Source: the human T2T-CHM13v2.0 reference genome, Homo sapiens. Taken from it: DNA of 64,000 nucleotides. Shown here piece after piece: positions 12,408-23,326 of this stretch. Where the stretch lies: assembly GCF_009914755.1 (NCBI RefSeq), contig NC_060927.1. One strand, given 5' to 3'. The translations under genes were made by a program, and so were the position numbers. Under the pieces are notes generated by a model. The model did no database searches and had not been told where the DNA came from. It saw only the letters and a program-made list of their open reading frames with translations. How positions within the stretch are numbered: position 1 is the stretch's first letter; each line of letters opens with the position of its first letter.

Positions 12408-14968
12408 AGCCCAGCTTCTTCTTCAGTAACCTGAAGAAACAGTGCATAGGAGAACAAGACTTTCCACTCTAAACACCTCTTTTACCATCTTATAGGTCAC
12501 CTCCTTGCCATCTCCGGCTTTGTGAGATGTGAAATTTTACTAAGGGCTAGATAAGGTAGAACTTCCTTGCATTTAGCCAGAATACCCTTTACATAAATTT
12601 CCACAGTGTCACCTTGTCCTGGCATTTTGTTTCTTGGTGAACACATCCTCACTATGCATGATTTTATGGTTCTCAATCTTGCCCTTACCATCATCATTGT
12701 AATCTCGATTCTGGTTGACTGCCAGAGATAAGAGTTCAATTATTTTAACATTTAATTTTTCCTCCAGCTTTGAATTTTCTGGCTGGGAAGTTATAGGGAG
12801 CATGAAGCTGTGGGGCACTTTAAGTCTCGAAGTCTCTACAGTGAAGTTAATTTGTGTAGTGTGAAGTTATAGGGGCTGTTCTTTCTCAAAGAAGTCCTGT
12901 ATAAATTTTTATAAATCTACTTAAGTCCTTACTTACAGTTGCAAGAAAAATAGATCCTCTGCCTCAAATAAGTTGTCTGTGAATTGAAACTACTTTGGTT
13001 ATAACTGTATTCTTTTCTCTTAATGAATCTAAACTTATGTTGGAATAGCAATAATAGATGAGACACTTAACTGCTAATACCACTTCCTGTATTTTATTTT
13101 AGATAAATAAATATTCATTTGCTAACTGGATATACTGTTTCATCAACAAGGGTGCAACATGGATAGCATAAGTCATTAGCATAATCCAAATGCTTGCTAA
13201 CGGCCTTTGGAATGCCTAAACTTAAAAAAGTACACTACCAAGGACTTGGAAAGAATCTCGCACTCCAACGCCAAAGAATCTATTGCATATTAATCTTCAT
13301 TAGAAAAAAAATTGATTGGGGACCTAAAGACAAAAATAAGCCTATTGTGCAATAGCAAAACATTAAAAAAATTTAAAAAGCTTTAGGAAATTTCATGTCA
13401 TTGTACAAAGATGCTACACCGGAGAAAGGGGGATCTGGTGATCCTAATTTTGTCACCAGCTTTGAAATCTTTAGCTAGGCATTTCAGCCCTATAAAAATC
13501 CATTTTCTCACTTGTAAAAAGAAGAGTTGAAGTTATGTTTTTCCAGGGCTTTTTTCTCTGACAAACCGAATTGCAGAACAATTTTATGACTCAACCAACG
13601 TAGCAGAGTCCAGAGAGAGTTTGAAAAAACACCTTACAAAACTTATAACTGAAGTTCTCCCTCCAAGGGCACTTAATTTTTTCAAGTGAAAGCATGCATG
13701 CAGATTCATCCAGCTGTTACCCTGGAAGAGGACAGAGTAAATATACTCCATTTTATATGAAGCCCAAAGTGTGATTGTTAAAAATCCCCATGCACAATTA
13801 GAAAACCAGTGACTGTTCTCTGTCTCATCTATAAACTGCATAATTCTGAAACCTTTGACAGCATGTGCTGAGAGACTGAGTCAAGGGTTCTCCTGAGGAG
13901 TTGTTAGAGACTGACATATTAAAGCCAGAAAGAGATGGTGGGCATGCGAAACAGGTCACCCAGCATCCCTCAGTAATTTTGGCTCTATAAACCCCACTGT
14001 AGGATTTATACCCAGCCATGCAATTTCTAGTAATTAATGTCAGGGACAATAAAATGTATACTTTGCACATATTTTAGCTTACTTTGACTTTTTAGCCCAC
14101 TGTATACCTAAGTAACACACTGCAGTGCAAGCTAATATATATATACAGTTAACTAGGTTTTTAAAATGACATTCACTTATTACCCACCTACAACATGCAA
14201 TATGTTCAACAAAAACCTAAACTTAAATTTCAGGTGCACATTTGTGCTTATCGGAAAACAGGTGAGAGTACACATGCCTGGATAATGAAGTTCTGTTATT
14301 TCCAAAATAATTCTCAATGTTATATGATCATTTGTTAAGAGGAAAAATATACCTGTGTTTAAAATCCATCATAAGGAATCATTTTGATACAGTAATTAAT
14401 AAGGACTTCAGAGCCATACAGTTTGAGGGGGAAATTAGTTGACAGATACACTACTACAATTGAATACAGAAGTAATACAAAACTTTAATGCTGTCTTTTC
14501 TAGCATTTTTTAAATGGCTATTAAAATTTCTTGATTGCTGTTACTTTTCTTTGCTCCTTTTCCATTTTTTCCTTCTCCAAAAATCAATTTTTCAAATTCA
14601 GTAGGAGTTGTAGCCCTTACTTTTGTCTCCCAGGCAAGATGCTATTAGGGGTCACTTCCCATGTACGGAGAAAACAATCTTCATGGATAATAATGATAAA
14701 ACCTTATGGAATGCAAAAACAGCCAAAATATGTATTCTCGGATGACTGCATTAGGGCCAAGTCAATATTAGTCCCACTTCACCCACGCATTGCATAGTCT
14801 AAAAATGCTGTCAGCCTGATAAGAATTTCCTGATTTACTCTCTTTTCCAATAGAAAATGTAGGTCATCAAAATAAACTTCTGACACTAAAAGAACAGTAG
14901 TTACACTGTCAAGTCTTTTTTTTTTTATTTCGTTAGCCAGTTATGGTCAAACAGTTTCTTTACTTGAC

Positions 14969-14969
<1 letters not shown>

Positions 14970-15017
<48 letters not shown>

Positions 15018-15053
15018 AGAAGAAGAAGGAGAAGAAAAAGAAGAAAGAAAGAA
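14970..15053 (+). repeat. A46 homopolymer followed by GAA/GAAA repeats
   Basis: A run 14970-15015, then GAAGAAGAAGAAGGAGAAG...GAAAGAAA. Confidence 0.95.
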
Positions 15054-16978
15054 ATTTTGAACAAGCCATTTTAGTAAAAGCAACATGAAAATTTCCAAGC
15101 ACCTCCCTATGGCTCACTCAGCCTAACATCTAGTTAAGCAATGTCTACAAAAGCCCAAAATATAGAAGTTGATCATTATGTAACCAATCAATGTAGATAA
15201 ATTGTTTTCTTTTTAAGAAGCTCAATGGTCAGAGTTTTCCTGATTTTTATTTTATTTTATTTTTTACTTTTTAAAATTGTTGTCTTCAGTATGTTGACGG
15301 TTTTAGCAAAAGAAATGAATTTGGGGACCGAGTCTCAGGGCTATTGCAAACATTATATAAAGTATTGGAGTCATTTCTTATTGAAAACTTTTATGATTGG
15401 CAATTTGCCATTTTCTCTGATACCGAATGTTATTTTCTAGCTCAAAAAAAAGTGTTACAGTATTAACTCCACACCACAGATTCATTAATTTCACAACCCT
15501 AAAAAATAAAGCCATATTTGAAACAACTTCTACTAGTTTGTTATTTTATAAAGGAGGAAAGTATCTTTCTGAACATGTAGAGAAGTTTTAGTTTGTTGCT
15601 CATCCACATTCCAAATGATAATTGAAGACCTCTGTAATATCAGAGATGCTTTGAAATGCTGGTGCTGCTGAATATTTTTTTTAAGAGGATAGCAAGAAAG
15701 TAGGGCTCCTTCCTCTTTTGCCCTAATTGGTTCTGGTTAAGCTGGTACTATTTAGCAGATGAATCTGGGGCATGTACCCTTCCAGAATTAGCTGAATTTC
15801 ATAGTTCCTAAATTCTAAACGGAAAGTTAGATTTCTTTCTAAAGAGTAGCACTGTAATTCTAGCAAAGAGACAGAAGTAGAGGAAATACAGAAAGTAAAA
15901 TGTCAGATTAATTAACAGCCCAAACCTAAGAAGGTTTGCAATAAAACATGTGGTACCTAAGAAAGTAAAAAGAAATAAATCAATATATTCTATGGATGGT
16001 AATTTCCTAACCAAATCTAGTTATTTTTTTTAAGTTTCTCCAAATCCGCCCACCCTAATTCCCATAGTCTGAGGTGGACTCTATTTTGGTACAGCCCTTG
16101 CCACATACATTTTTTATTTTAATGTAGCACTAACTAAGCCTTGGCACACTCTCCGTTGTATCCAGAGAGTAATGTCCAAGGGCGCCTCGTGCCAAATTCC
16201 CCAGAACTCTACTGTTCCTTCTAAAGTAACTATATCATCTCCTCAGTTCACGACCCCTTATTATGGACATCTTCAGTTACTCTTGGAAGAGTGGAGACTC
16301 AGCATCCAGAGATTCAAGGTAACCTTTTGGCCGAGGGACCCACTGTCAACAGACTGAACACGTACAAACTCTGTGCTTTGCTGGAATTAAAAAATGAATG
16401 AAGAACCTTGGAATCCATCCCTGTCCTCTAAGTCACAGTCACCGGGAGAAAGATTCTGTGGAGAAGTTCTAGTAACACCCGATAGACATTATGCTAGACC
16501 AGTGTTCCCCCATGAAAGTCCCAGATCATTTCGTGAACTCACTCTCCAGGTAGCTTCCCCTACCTCTGTCAGCGCACTTCATCTTCCTCATCAATAAAAC
16601 CCTGAAACATTCCATCTTTCCAAATAAACAAAATAGTTGGTTGAAAGGAAGTTTACTCACATGGTCCTAAGATAGATGCCCTTGGTGAGCTTCAGAGAAC
16701 TGAGTCCTAAGAGCTAGGGTGCCTAGGAGGAGCAGCCTCTGAGCTCCGGTGACCACAGCTCAATGAAGCCCCCAGCTAGGTCATGCCTCACCCACCCGTC
16801 CACCCTGCTGCTCTCCCTTCCCGGCTCTCTCGGGATGGCTTTCTGCTCAAGGACGCTCCCGCAGATCCCAGAGCATCCTCTGCGCCACGCGTGCCGGCGG
16901 GACGTCGCCGAGCCCCAGACCGATACTCTCGATGCCCTTCGCCCCCGCCCCCAGCAGGCTGCCCGTCCGGTGACTCAC

Positions 16979-17104
16979 CTGCTGGCCAGGTTGGGGCGCC
17001 GGCTGATAGTAGGCTGTGGGGCAGGTTGTCGCTGCCATGGGGTTGGGCAGATACTGGGACGCTCCATAAGGCTGGGGGTGATACATCACCTCCGCACAAC
17101 TCAT
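16979..17104 (-). CDS. VGLL3: VGLL3 coding exon 1 (residues 1-42)
   Basis: ATG at 17104 in context GCTGCCATGA. Translates MSCAEVMYHPQPYGASQYLPNPMAATTCPTAYYQPAPQPGQQ, the recognised VGLL3 N-terminus. Phase-0 donor CAG|GTGAGT at 16979/16978 joins in frame to exon 2. Confidence 0.96.
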
Positions 17105-17319
17105 GGCAGCCGGGGCAGTGGCGGCCCCCGAGCTGCCGCCGCCGCTCTACGCGCTGGCGCGAGGGGCGCGGGCGCCGCCGCCGCCGCAGCTGCCGCCTCT
17201 GTCGCTGCTCCAGCTGCTACTGCGGCGAAGGCGGGTCCTCGGCGGCCTCGGGCTCCGCGCGGGGCGCGGGGTCGGGAGGGACTGGCAATCAGCGGGGGCC
17301 CATGCGCGGGCACCTTCAT
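17101..17319 (-). other. 72-codon Ala/Arg/Pro-rich upstream ORF whose TGA overlaps the VGLL3 ATG
   Basis: ATG at 17319 (GAAGATGA, A at -3). Frame open to TGA at 17103-17101, which shares bases with the main ATG at 17104-17102. Translation not shown. Confidence 0.55.
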
Positions 17320-17350
17320 CTTCAGCCCCTCCGGATGTTCCCTGCCGCGC

Positions 17351-17357
17351 TTATATA
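17351..17357 (-). promoter_or_regulatory. TATA box (TATATAA) for VGLL3
   Basis: Minus strand CCGCTATATAAGCGC, an isolated AT run in GC-rich DNA about 250 nt upstream of the ATG. Confidence 0.6.
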
Positions 17358-18291
17358 GCGGCTCAGGGACGCAGCCGCCCGCTGCGCCGCTGGGGCATTA
17401 CCGCGTCCGGCTCCCGCGAGGGCTGCGGCGCCCACGGCAGCGCCAGTCACAGCCACAGCCCAGGCCCGGGTCGGGCAGCCGTGGGGAGCCCAGCTCCGGT
17501 TTGCATATACACAATGCACGCCCGGGGCTCGTCCTATCACGGGTGCTCCCGGCTGTGCGAGGACAGGGAGGCGGGGGCAGAGGGAGGGGGAACGCCGGGG
17601 AGGAGGGGGAGCACTTTGCCTCCCCAGGCTCTGACGCGGAACTTTGCAAAGTTTCTCCAACTCGCTTTGCAGCGGGCGGGTCACCCTGCAGGGGGACCCC
17701 GGGGAAGGCTGGCTGCGGATTGGAGCGAAGTTTGCAGCCCTCTCCGCCTCCCAGCATGGGATGGTGGTGGGAGGGGAATGGTATGCAGAGGCTCCGCGCC
17801 CTCAAGGCTCGGCAGGTTCCCACCCTGTCTCTGTCACCTGGCCGCCAGGGCGAGGGCTTCCCTACTCCAAGGAGATTTTACAGGGAACACCAACTCAGAG
17901 GCTGGGACCAAACAAAAGCCGAGTGTACAAAGGGGTAAAACAGAGCAGGCGCAGAATACACGGGGATTAGCTCCTACATTAAAATAATCATAAGTGAAAG
18001 TTAACATCTCTGCAAGTGCCCACATGCCAAGAATGCAACACAGTTTTCCACAAGCAATCTCTGCTTTAAGTTTACATCTTCATGGTATGACACTGCTGTG
18101 AGACGTCCACCATTTCTGGCTTTTACAGCCTGGTTTTCACAGAGCAATAAAGGGTAGTTGATTAAGCCCATTCGCTAATAAAGGTTTATCTCTTTGCAAT
18201 TGGATCTGACCCTCTCCAAAATGGGGAAAAAAACGTCTGTGAGAATATACTTGTATTCTGACATAATCAGTAGAAATAATTATACTCACAT

Positions 18292-18593
18292 TATTTTATT
18301 TATTTTGAGATAGGGTTTCCTTCTGCCGCCCAAGCTAGAGTACAGTGACATGAGCACAGCTCACTGCAGCTACCACCCCCACGCTCAAGAGATCCTCCCA
18401 TCTCAGCCTCTGGAGTAGCTGGGACTACAGGCGTGCATTACCACGCCCAGGTAATTTTTTTAATTTTTTTTTTTATAGAGAAGGGGTCTTGCTATGTTAC
18501 CTAGGCTGGTCTCCAACTCCTGGCCTCAAGTGATCCTTCTGCCTCGGTCTCCCAAAGTGCTGGGATAACAGGCATGAGGCACCGCACTGGGCC
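18292..18593 (-). mobile_element. AluJ
   Basis: CACAGCTCACTGCAGC..GCTCAAGAGATCCTCCCATCTCAGCC; GGGTCTTGCTATGTT. Confidence 0.9.
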
Positions 18594-18747
18594 TCATTTT
18601 ATAAATGAGCAAACTCTAGCTCTGAGATTCAGCAAACATATCTCTCCTTATACGTAGGCATCCTCTTTTATGACTCACAGCAATCTCTCATTTTTACAGT
18701 CTATCTTTTCTCAGAGAAAAAGTCAGTTTGAAAGTCAAATGCACTAA

Positions 18748-19098
18748 TGTTTTTATAGTTTGAATTATGTCTTCCCAAAAATGTATATATTGAAGCCCTA
18801 ACCCACAATATGGCTGTATTTGAAGACAGGACATATAAGGAGGTGATAAGGTTAAATGAGATTTAAAAGGTTGGGCCCTAATCTAATAGGACTAGGTTCC
18901 TTATAAGAAGAGAAAACACGCCAGAGATATCTATGTCTCCCCCAAACCCCACTCCCTGTCTCTCTGCTCTGTCAAAGAGGAAAGACCATCTGAAGTCATA
19001 GTGAGTTACCTACAAGCCAAGAAGAAAGGTCTCACCTTGAAACCAACACTGACCACACCTTATCTTGTGCTTCTATCCTCCAGAACTATGAAAAAATT

Positions 19099-19141
<43 letters not shown>

Positions 19142-19481
19142 AGACGGAGTATCGCTCTGTTGCCCAGGCTGGAGTGCAATGTCACGATCTCGGCTCACTG
19201 CAACCTCCTCCCGGTTCAAGTGATTCTTCCGCCCCAGCCTCCCGAGTAGCTGGGATTACAGGCACCCGCCATCATGCCCGGCTAATTTTTGTACTTTTGT
19301 AGAGACAGGGTTTCACCATGTTGGCCAGGATGATCTTGAACTCCTGACTTCAGGTGATCCGCCCACCTCGGCCTCCCAAAGTACTGGGATTACAGGCGTG
19401 AGCCACGGTATGCCCAGCTTAATTTGTTTTTTTAGGCCACCTAGTTTGTGGTATTTATGACAGCCCTAGCACACTAATGCA
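18748..19481 (+). mobile_element. MaLR solo LTR (MLT1A/B-like), interrupted by an Alu
   Basis: TG start; GAAGCCCTAACCC..GTATTTGAAGACAGG, CCTTATAAGAAGAG, TCCAGAACTATGA; ends GTGGTATTT..CAGCCCTAGCACACTAATGCA. Confidence 0.8.
19102..19418 (-). mobile_element. AluS with 39-nt pure A tail
   Basis: T39 at 19102-19140 followed by a full Alu body. Confidence 0.95.
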
Positions 19482-19789
19482 GATATACAGTTATCATATA
19501 TCGTTAATGTTTACATAAGTGTCTGTGTGTATGTCTAGGTACACAGATACATACACATGTATAAACACACAGGCATACACACACACACTGACACTATAAA
19601 AATTGGATAGGAACTTTTTGCTACGCCGCAACAGCTTTTATTCAATCATTTTATCACTGAATATTAAAAACATATTTATTAAGGGTTTGCACAGTTCTTG
19701 GACTTTAAATTGTGCTCTTTGTAGTACAAGAGTATTTCCAGCAATAATATGTTTCATAATTTACTTTAAACGTTTATTATTGTCTTTTC

Positions 19790-20750
19790 CCAAATTGACC
19801 TCCTTTGATCAGATCCCTTCCTGTGTTCCAGATTTATCTATTCAGTTCTTTCTAGGTAGCTCCACATAGGTGTTACATAAGGACCTCAATCCTAATAGTA
19901 CTGATTGTCTCAGGTCCCCAGTTTGATCCTCTTTTTTAATCTTCATCTCTACTGAAACTCCCCCACTACCAGTTGCCCCAGCTAGAAATGTGGGAATCTT
20001 CTGGCACTCCTTCCTTCTCCTCACGGTCCCCACACCTGGTCTTGGAGTCAAGTTGACCCCAAATTTTCCATTTCTACTGACTCTCTCCTTATCTCTGTTG
20101 CTATAATCGTTAGTTTGCTCGGCATCTCTCACTCAGACTCCTGCAAGAGACTCTTAGTGATTTCCGGGTCCCAAGGCGAGACTTCTTCCTGTTCTTCATA
20201 GTTTATACTACTCTTTAATGACCCAGCCACTGCAAATCCAACTGTGCAATGATGATTCATTCTTCTTTTAAAAATTTCACAGTCACATCCCGCAGTCTGT
20301 AGAAACAACTCTTTAACCTTCAGATTCTGATCCCTGCCCATGTCACTACCTCCTGCAAATGTTTACCAGCTATCTGAATTGAGATCTGCATTCTGCGAAG
20401 AAGCCGTGGTACTTTCTACCAGCATGTCATTTTACATATGAGCAGAGCATTTGCACCAACACATCCCTCACCCTCTTCACTTGTTAACTCCTTCTTGCTC
20501 TTCATGTAATTGTCTTCCAAAACATCCGATGAGGATCAGCTTTAATGCTCCTATTTTCACCAGCTCTTGTTCTTTTAAGAATACGCTCCCATCATACTAA
20601 TAATTAACTACTTGATTTGAAGTTGCTTATTTGCTTGTTTCCCCAATATGACCATGGCTGCTTGAGAGGAGAGACTGTGACTTTTATCTCTAAATTTCAC
20701 TAAATTTCAATCATATGATATCTGGCTTAGTAAATATTCTTTGAATAAGT
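19790..20750 (+). mobile_element. L2 fragments
   Basis: Pyrimidine-rich L2-like body ending CTTGAGGAGAGAGACTGTG...TAGTAAATATTCTTTGAAT. Confidence 0.55.
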
Positions 20751-21789
20751 AAAGTATATAATAGGAGGAGAAACAAAAACTATTAGAATAACTTACAAAT
20801 TCTTGGTGGGATCTGAGCACATATAAAATCAGTGAAGCTATAATGTAGAATATGATTTCAAACTCTGTCTTAGGCTTTCTGCTGTATGTTAGATTGAGAA
20901 AATCCTTATGATGTTAAAAAAAAATAGGACCTAGAATATAAAGTGACTGAATTAGGACACAGAGCAAATTTGTGAGGACAGCCACTTCTCAATGCCAAAC
21001 CTCCTGTTCAAATGTTTAATGCCTCCAACTTTTTTCAAATAACTTTTATCTGTAGTTGATTTTTTTGTACAATTATGAGTTTAATATCTGTCTTTTTAGC
21101 TAGACTTTGGCAGAGGTTATTTATATCTTGTTCATCTCCATATCTAACACTTCGAAGACATTCTATATATATTTTCCAAATGATAAAATAAAGCCAGAAC
21201 TTGATTCAACATGTCCATACCCCTCATTGCTGCATCTTCCGTGCTCCCTATGGCCTCTAGTGCAAATATTTATTCTATGACAAAAAAAAGTTATTTGGTA
21301 CTAATACGTCATGGACACAAAAGTCTGTAGGTGTTTGGCAAAATCTTCCTACAATGCAATATCTTTTTTGATACCTTTCTTTGTTTCTATATTGTGTACT
21401 GCTGGAAGAAGATAAGAGAGTAAAGATTAATTCTACCTAGACTTAGAATCTACAGAAGTGGACAGAGAGAGAAAATAGCTTGTCAAAGCCTGCAGTCTTA
21501 GTGAGGTCATTAATAAAAATTCCGATAATTCATGTTAGGGAAATCTACATTTGAGTTCTAGTAGGAAAGCAGATGTACCTGACTTCCCCTGGGTAACTAT
21601 TTAGGGTTTTAAAGTGGAAAATAATAAAAAGGATCATCAAGCTTAAAACATCCTTTTTCATAGATAAGTAAATATATGATCTGATTAATGTCTTCTAGGG
21701 AACTAGTGGCAGAACTAAAACCAAAGTCCTGTTTCTCTTGACTCTTGATTTAGTTCTCTTTCCATAATTGCATAATAAAGATATATAAA

Positions 21790-21935
21790 CAAATACATAT
21801 GCATATGTATATGCATACATACATTATACATGTGTGTACATATTCCTAGATATTACTTATGTATGTGTGTATATATATATTATATATATAATATATATTA
21901 TACATATATTATATATAATATATATATAATATATA

Positions 21936-21981
<46 letters not shown>

Positions 21982-21990
21982 TACATATAC
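21790..21990. repeat. TA-rich simple repeat plus (CA)n
   Basis: TATATATAA-type units followed by about 12 CA units. Confidence 0.9.
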
Positions 21991-22817
21991 AAAGGAAGAA
22001 GTTTTTGATCAGATCGTCCTTGGGTCAACTTGGAGTTGAAGAAGAGGAGTGTGTGTATGGGGTGGGGATGCGGGCCAATTGCATTTAGCAAGAGTGAGTC
22101 ACTCAGATCAGAGAATGTGATCTGACCGCTGGTGTACTCATTGTCGTCTCTGCTATGTAAGGGTGTCACAATTACTTGGAAAAAGCAGCAATGGTATGGA
22201 ATTTAATTCTATGTAGTTCTGAGCTAAAGTTCCTCAAAGTTTACCCTTCTTTGATTTATCCTTTTACACTACTCCACCGCTTTTCTGGTTCAATTCTGAT
22301 GTGGTACCTGATCTAAATAAATGGACTTAAACATTTCCAACTCTTCTGAATTGTGACTTTACAGTCACTACATTTTTGCCCCCACCACCAAATTTCTCAA
22401 AATGTTTGTTTCCAAATTCTCCAACTGGAAATTAGTGAGGTGAACCACCCCCCGCCTCTAGTTTTATTTGGAGGGATAACTTGAAGTGGGTTTTCCTAAT
22501 ATATTTTGGAATAAGATAGGGTAAAAAGTGGGGGCAGCTTATTTTTTGAGTGGTGACAGCCACCCCTGCCTTTAACTTGGGATCCCAATGTAAGAGAACT
22601 CCCTGGACCCTGCAGTACGTACATGTAGATATCTCAAACTAAGTATTTAAATCTCCTCTACCTGCCCCCTGCTACCAAACAGTTGAGTTTTGACCAGTCC
22701 TTTACCCTAAGCTGAGTCCACTGACAATGCAGCCTGCTCTAGGAACCATGGCTCTGCGGAAATGGGCCTGCGTCATCTGTGCAGGAAATTGTCAGGTCTT
22801 GAGTAAAGAAACATAGT

Positions 22818-23326
22818 TGTTCTAGGCAGAATTATGCCCCTCCCCAAAGATGTCCACATTCTAATTCCTGGAACTCTTGAATGTTCTGTTACTTAGAAAA
22901 GGGGAGTTAAGACTGCAGATGGAATTAAGGCTTGCTAATGAGAGGATTTTAAGAAGATAAGCCTGATTCTTTGGACGGGCCCAATGTAATCATTATGAGG
23001 TGGGCCTCCTCATATAAGGGAGGCAAGGGACAGAGGAGTCTCCCATACTGATGCAAAGAAAGAAAAATGACTCTGCAGGCCATTGCTAGTTTTGAAAATA
23101 GAGGGGAATTGAATCATCAGCCTAGGAATGCAGACAGCCTTTAGAAGCTGAAAAAGGCGAGAAAATGGGTTTTCCTAAAGTCTCCAGAAAGATCACAGCC
23201 CTGCTGACACATGTGAGCCCTGTTTTTGTACTTCTGATTTGCAGAACCATAAGTTACTAAATTTACCTTATTTAAAGCCACTAAGTTTGTGGTAATTGGT
23301 TACAGTAACAATAGAACCCAAATACA
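22818..23326 (+). mobile_element. MaLR solo LTR (MLT1E/D-like)
   Basis: GGCAGAATTATGCCCC..CAAAGATGTCCAC, GCAGATGGAATTAAGG; ends AAGCCACTAAGTTTGTGGTAATTGGTTACAG..AATACA. Confidence 0.8.

Larger units (their letters stand above)
16790..17860. promoter_or_regulatory. CpG island / VGLL3 promoter, 5' UTR and exon 1
   Basis: Abrupt GC- and CpG-rich block in an AT-rich background, spanning the VGLL3 start codon; GC boxes and GCC runs. Edges approximate. Confidence 0.9.

Noticed and set aside
14935-14970. Y RNA retrocopy before the A46 tract
   Set aside because: Only scattered short word matches to Y3; too short and not convincingly colinear.
17105-17320. Long non-AUG N-terminal extension of VGLL3
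   Set aside because: The main frame has a TAG about 15 codons upstream of the ATG.
16763-17987. Long plus-strand ORFs (391 aa, 294 aa, 191 aa) over the CpG island
   Set aside because: Low-complexity Arg/Ala/Gly/Pro translations with no recognisable domain; expected from stop-codon scarcity in GC-rich DNA antisense to exon 1.
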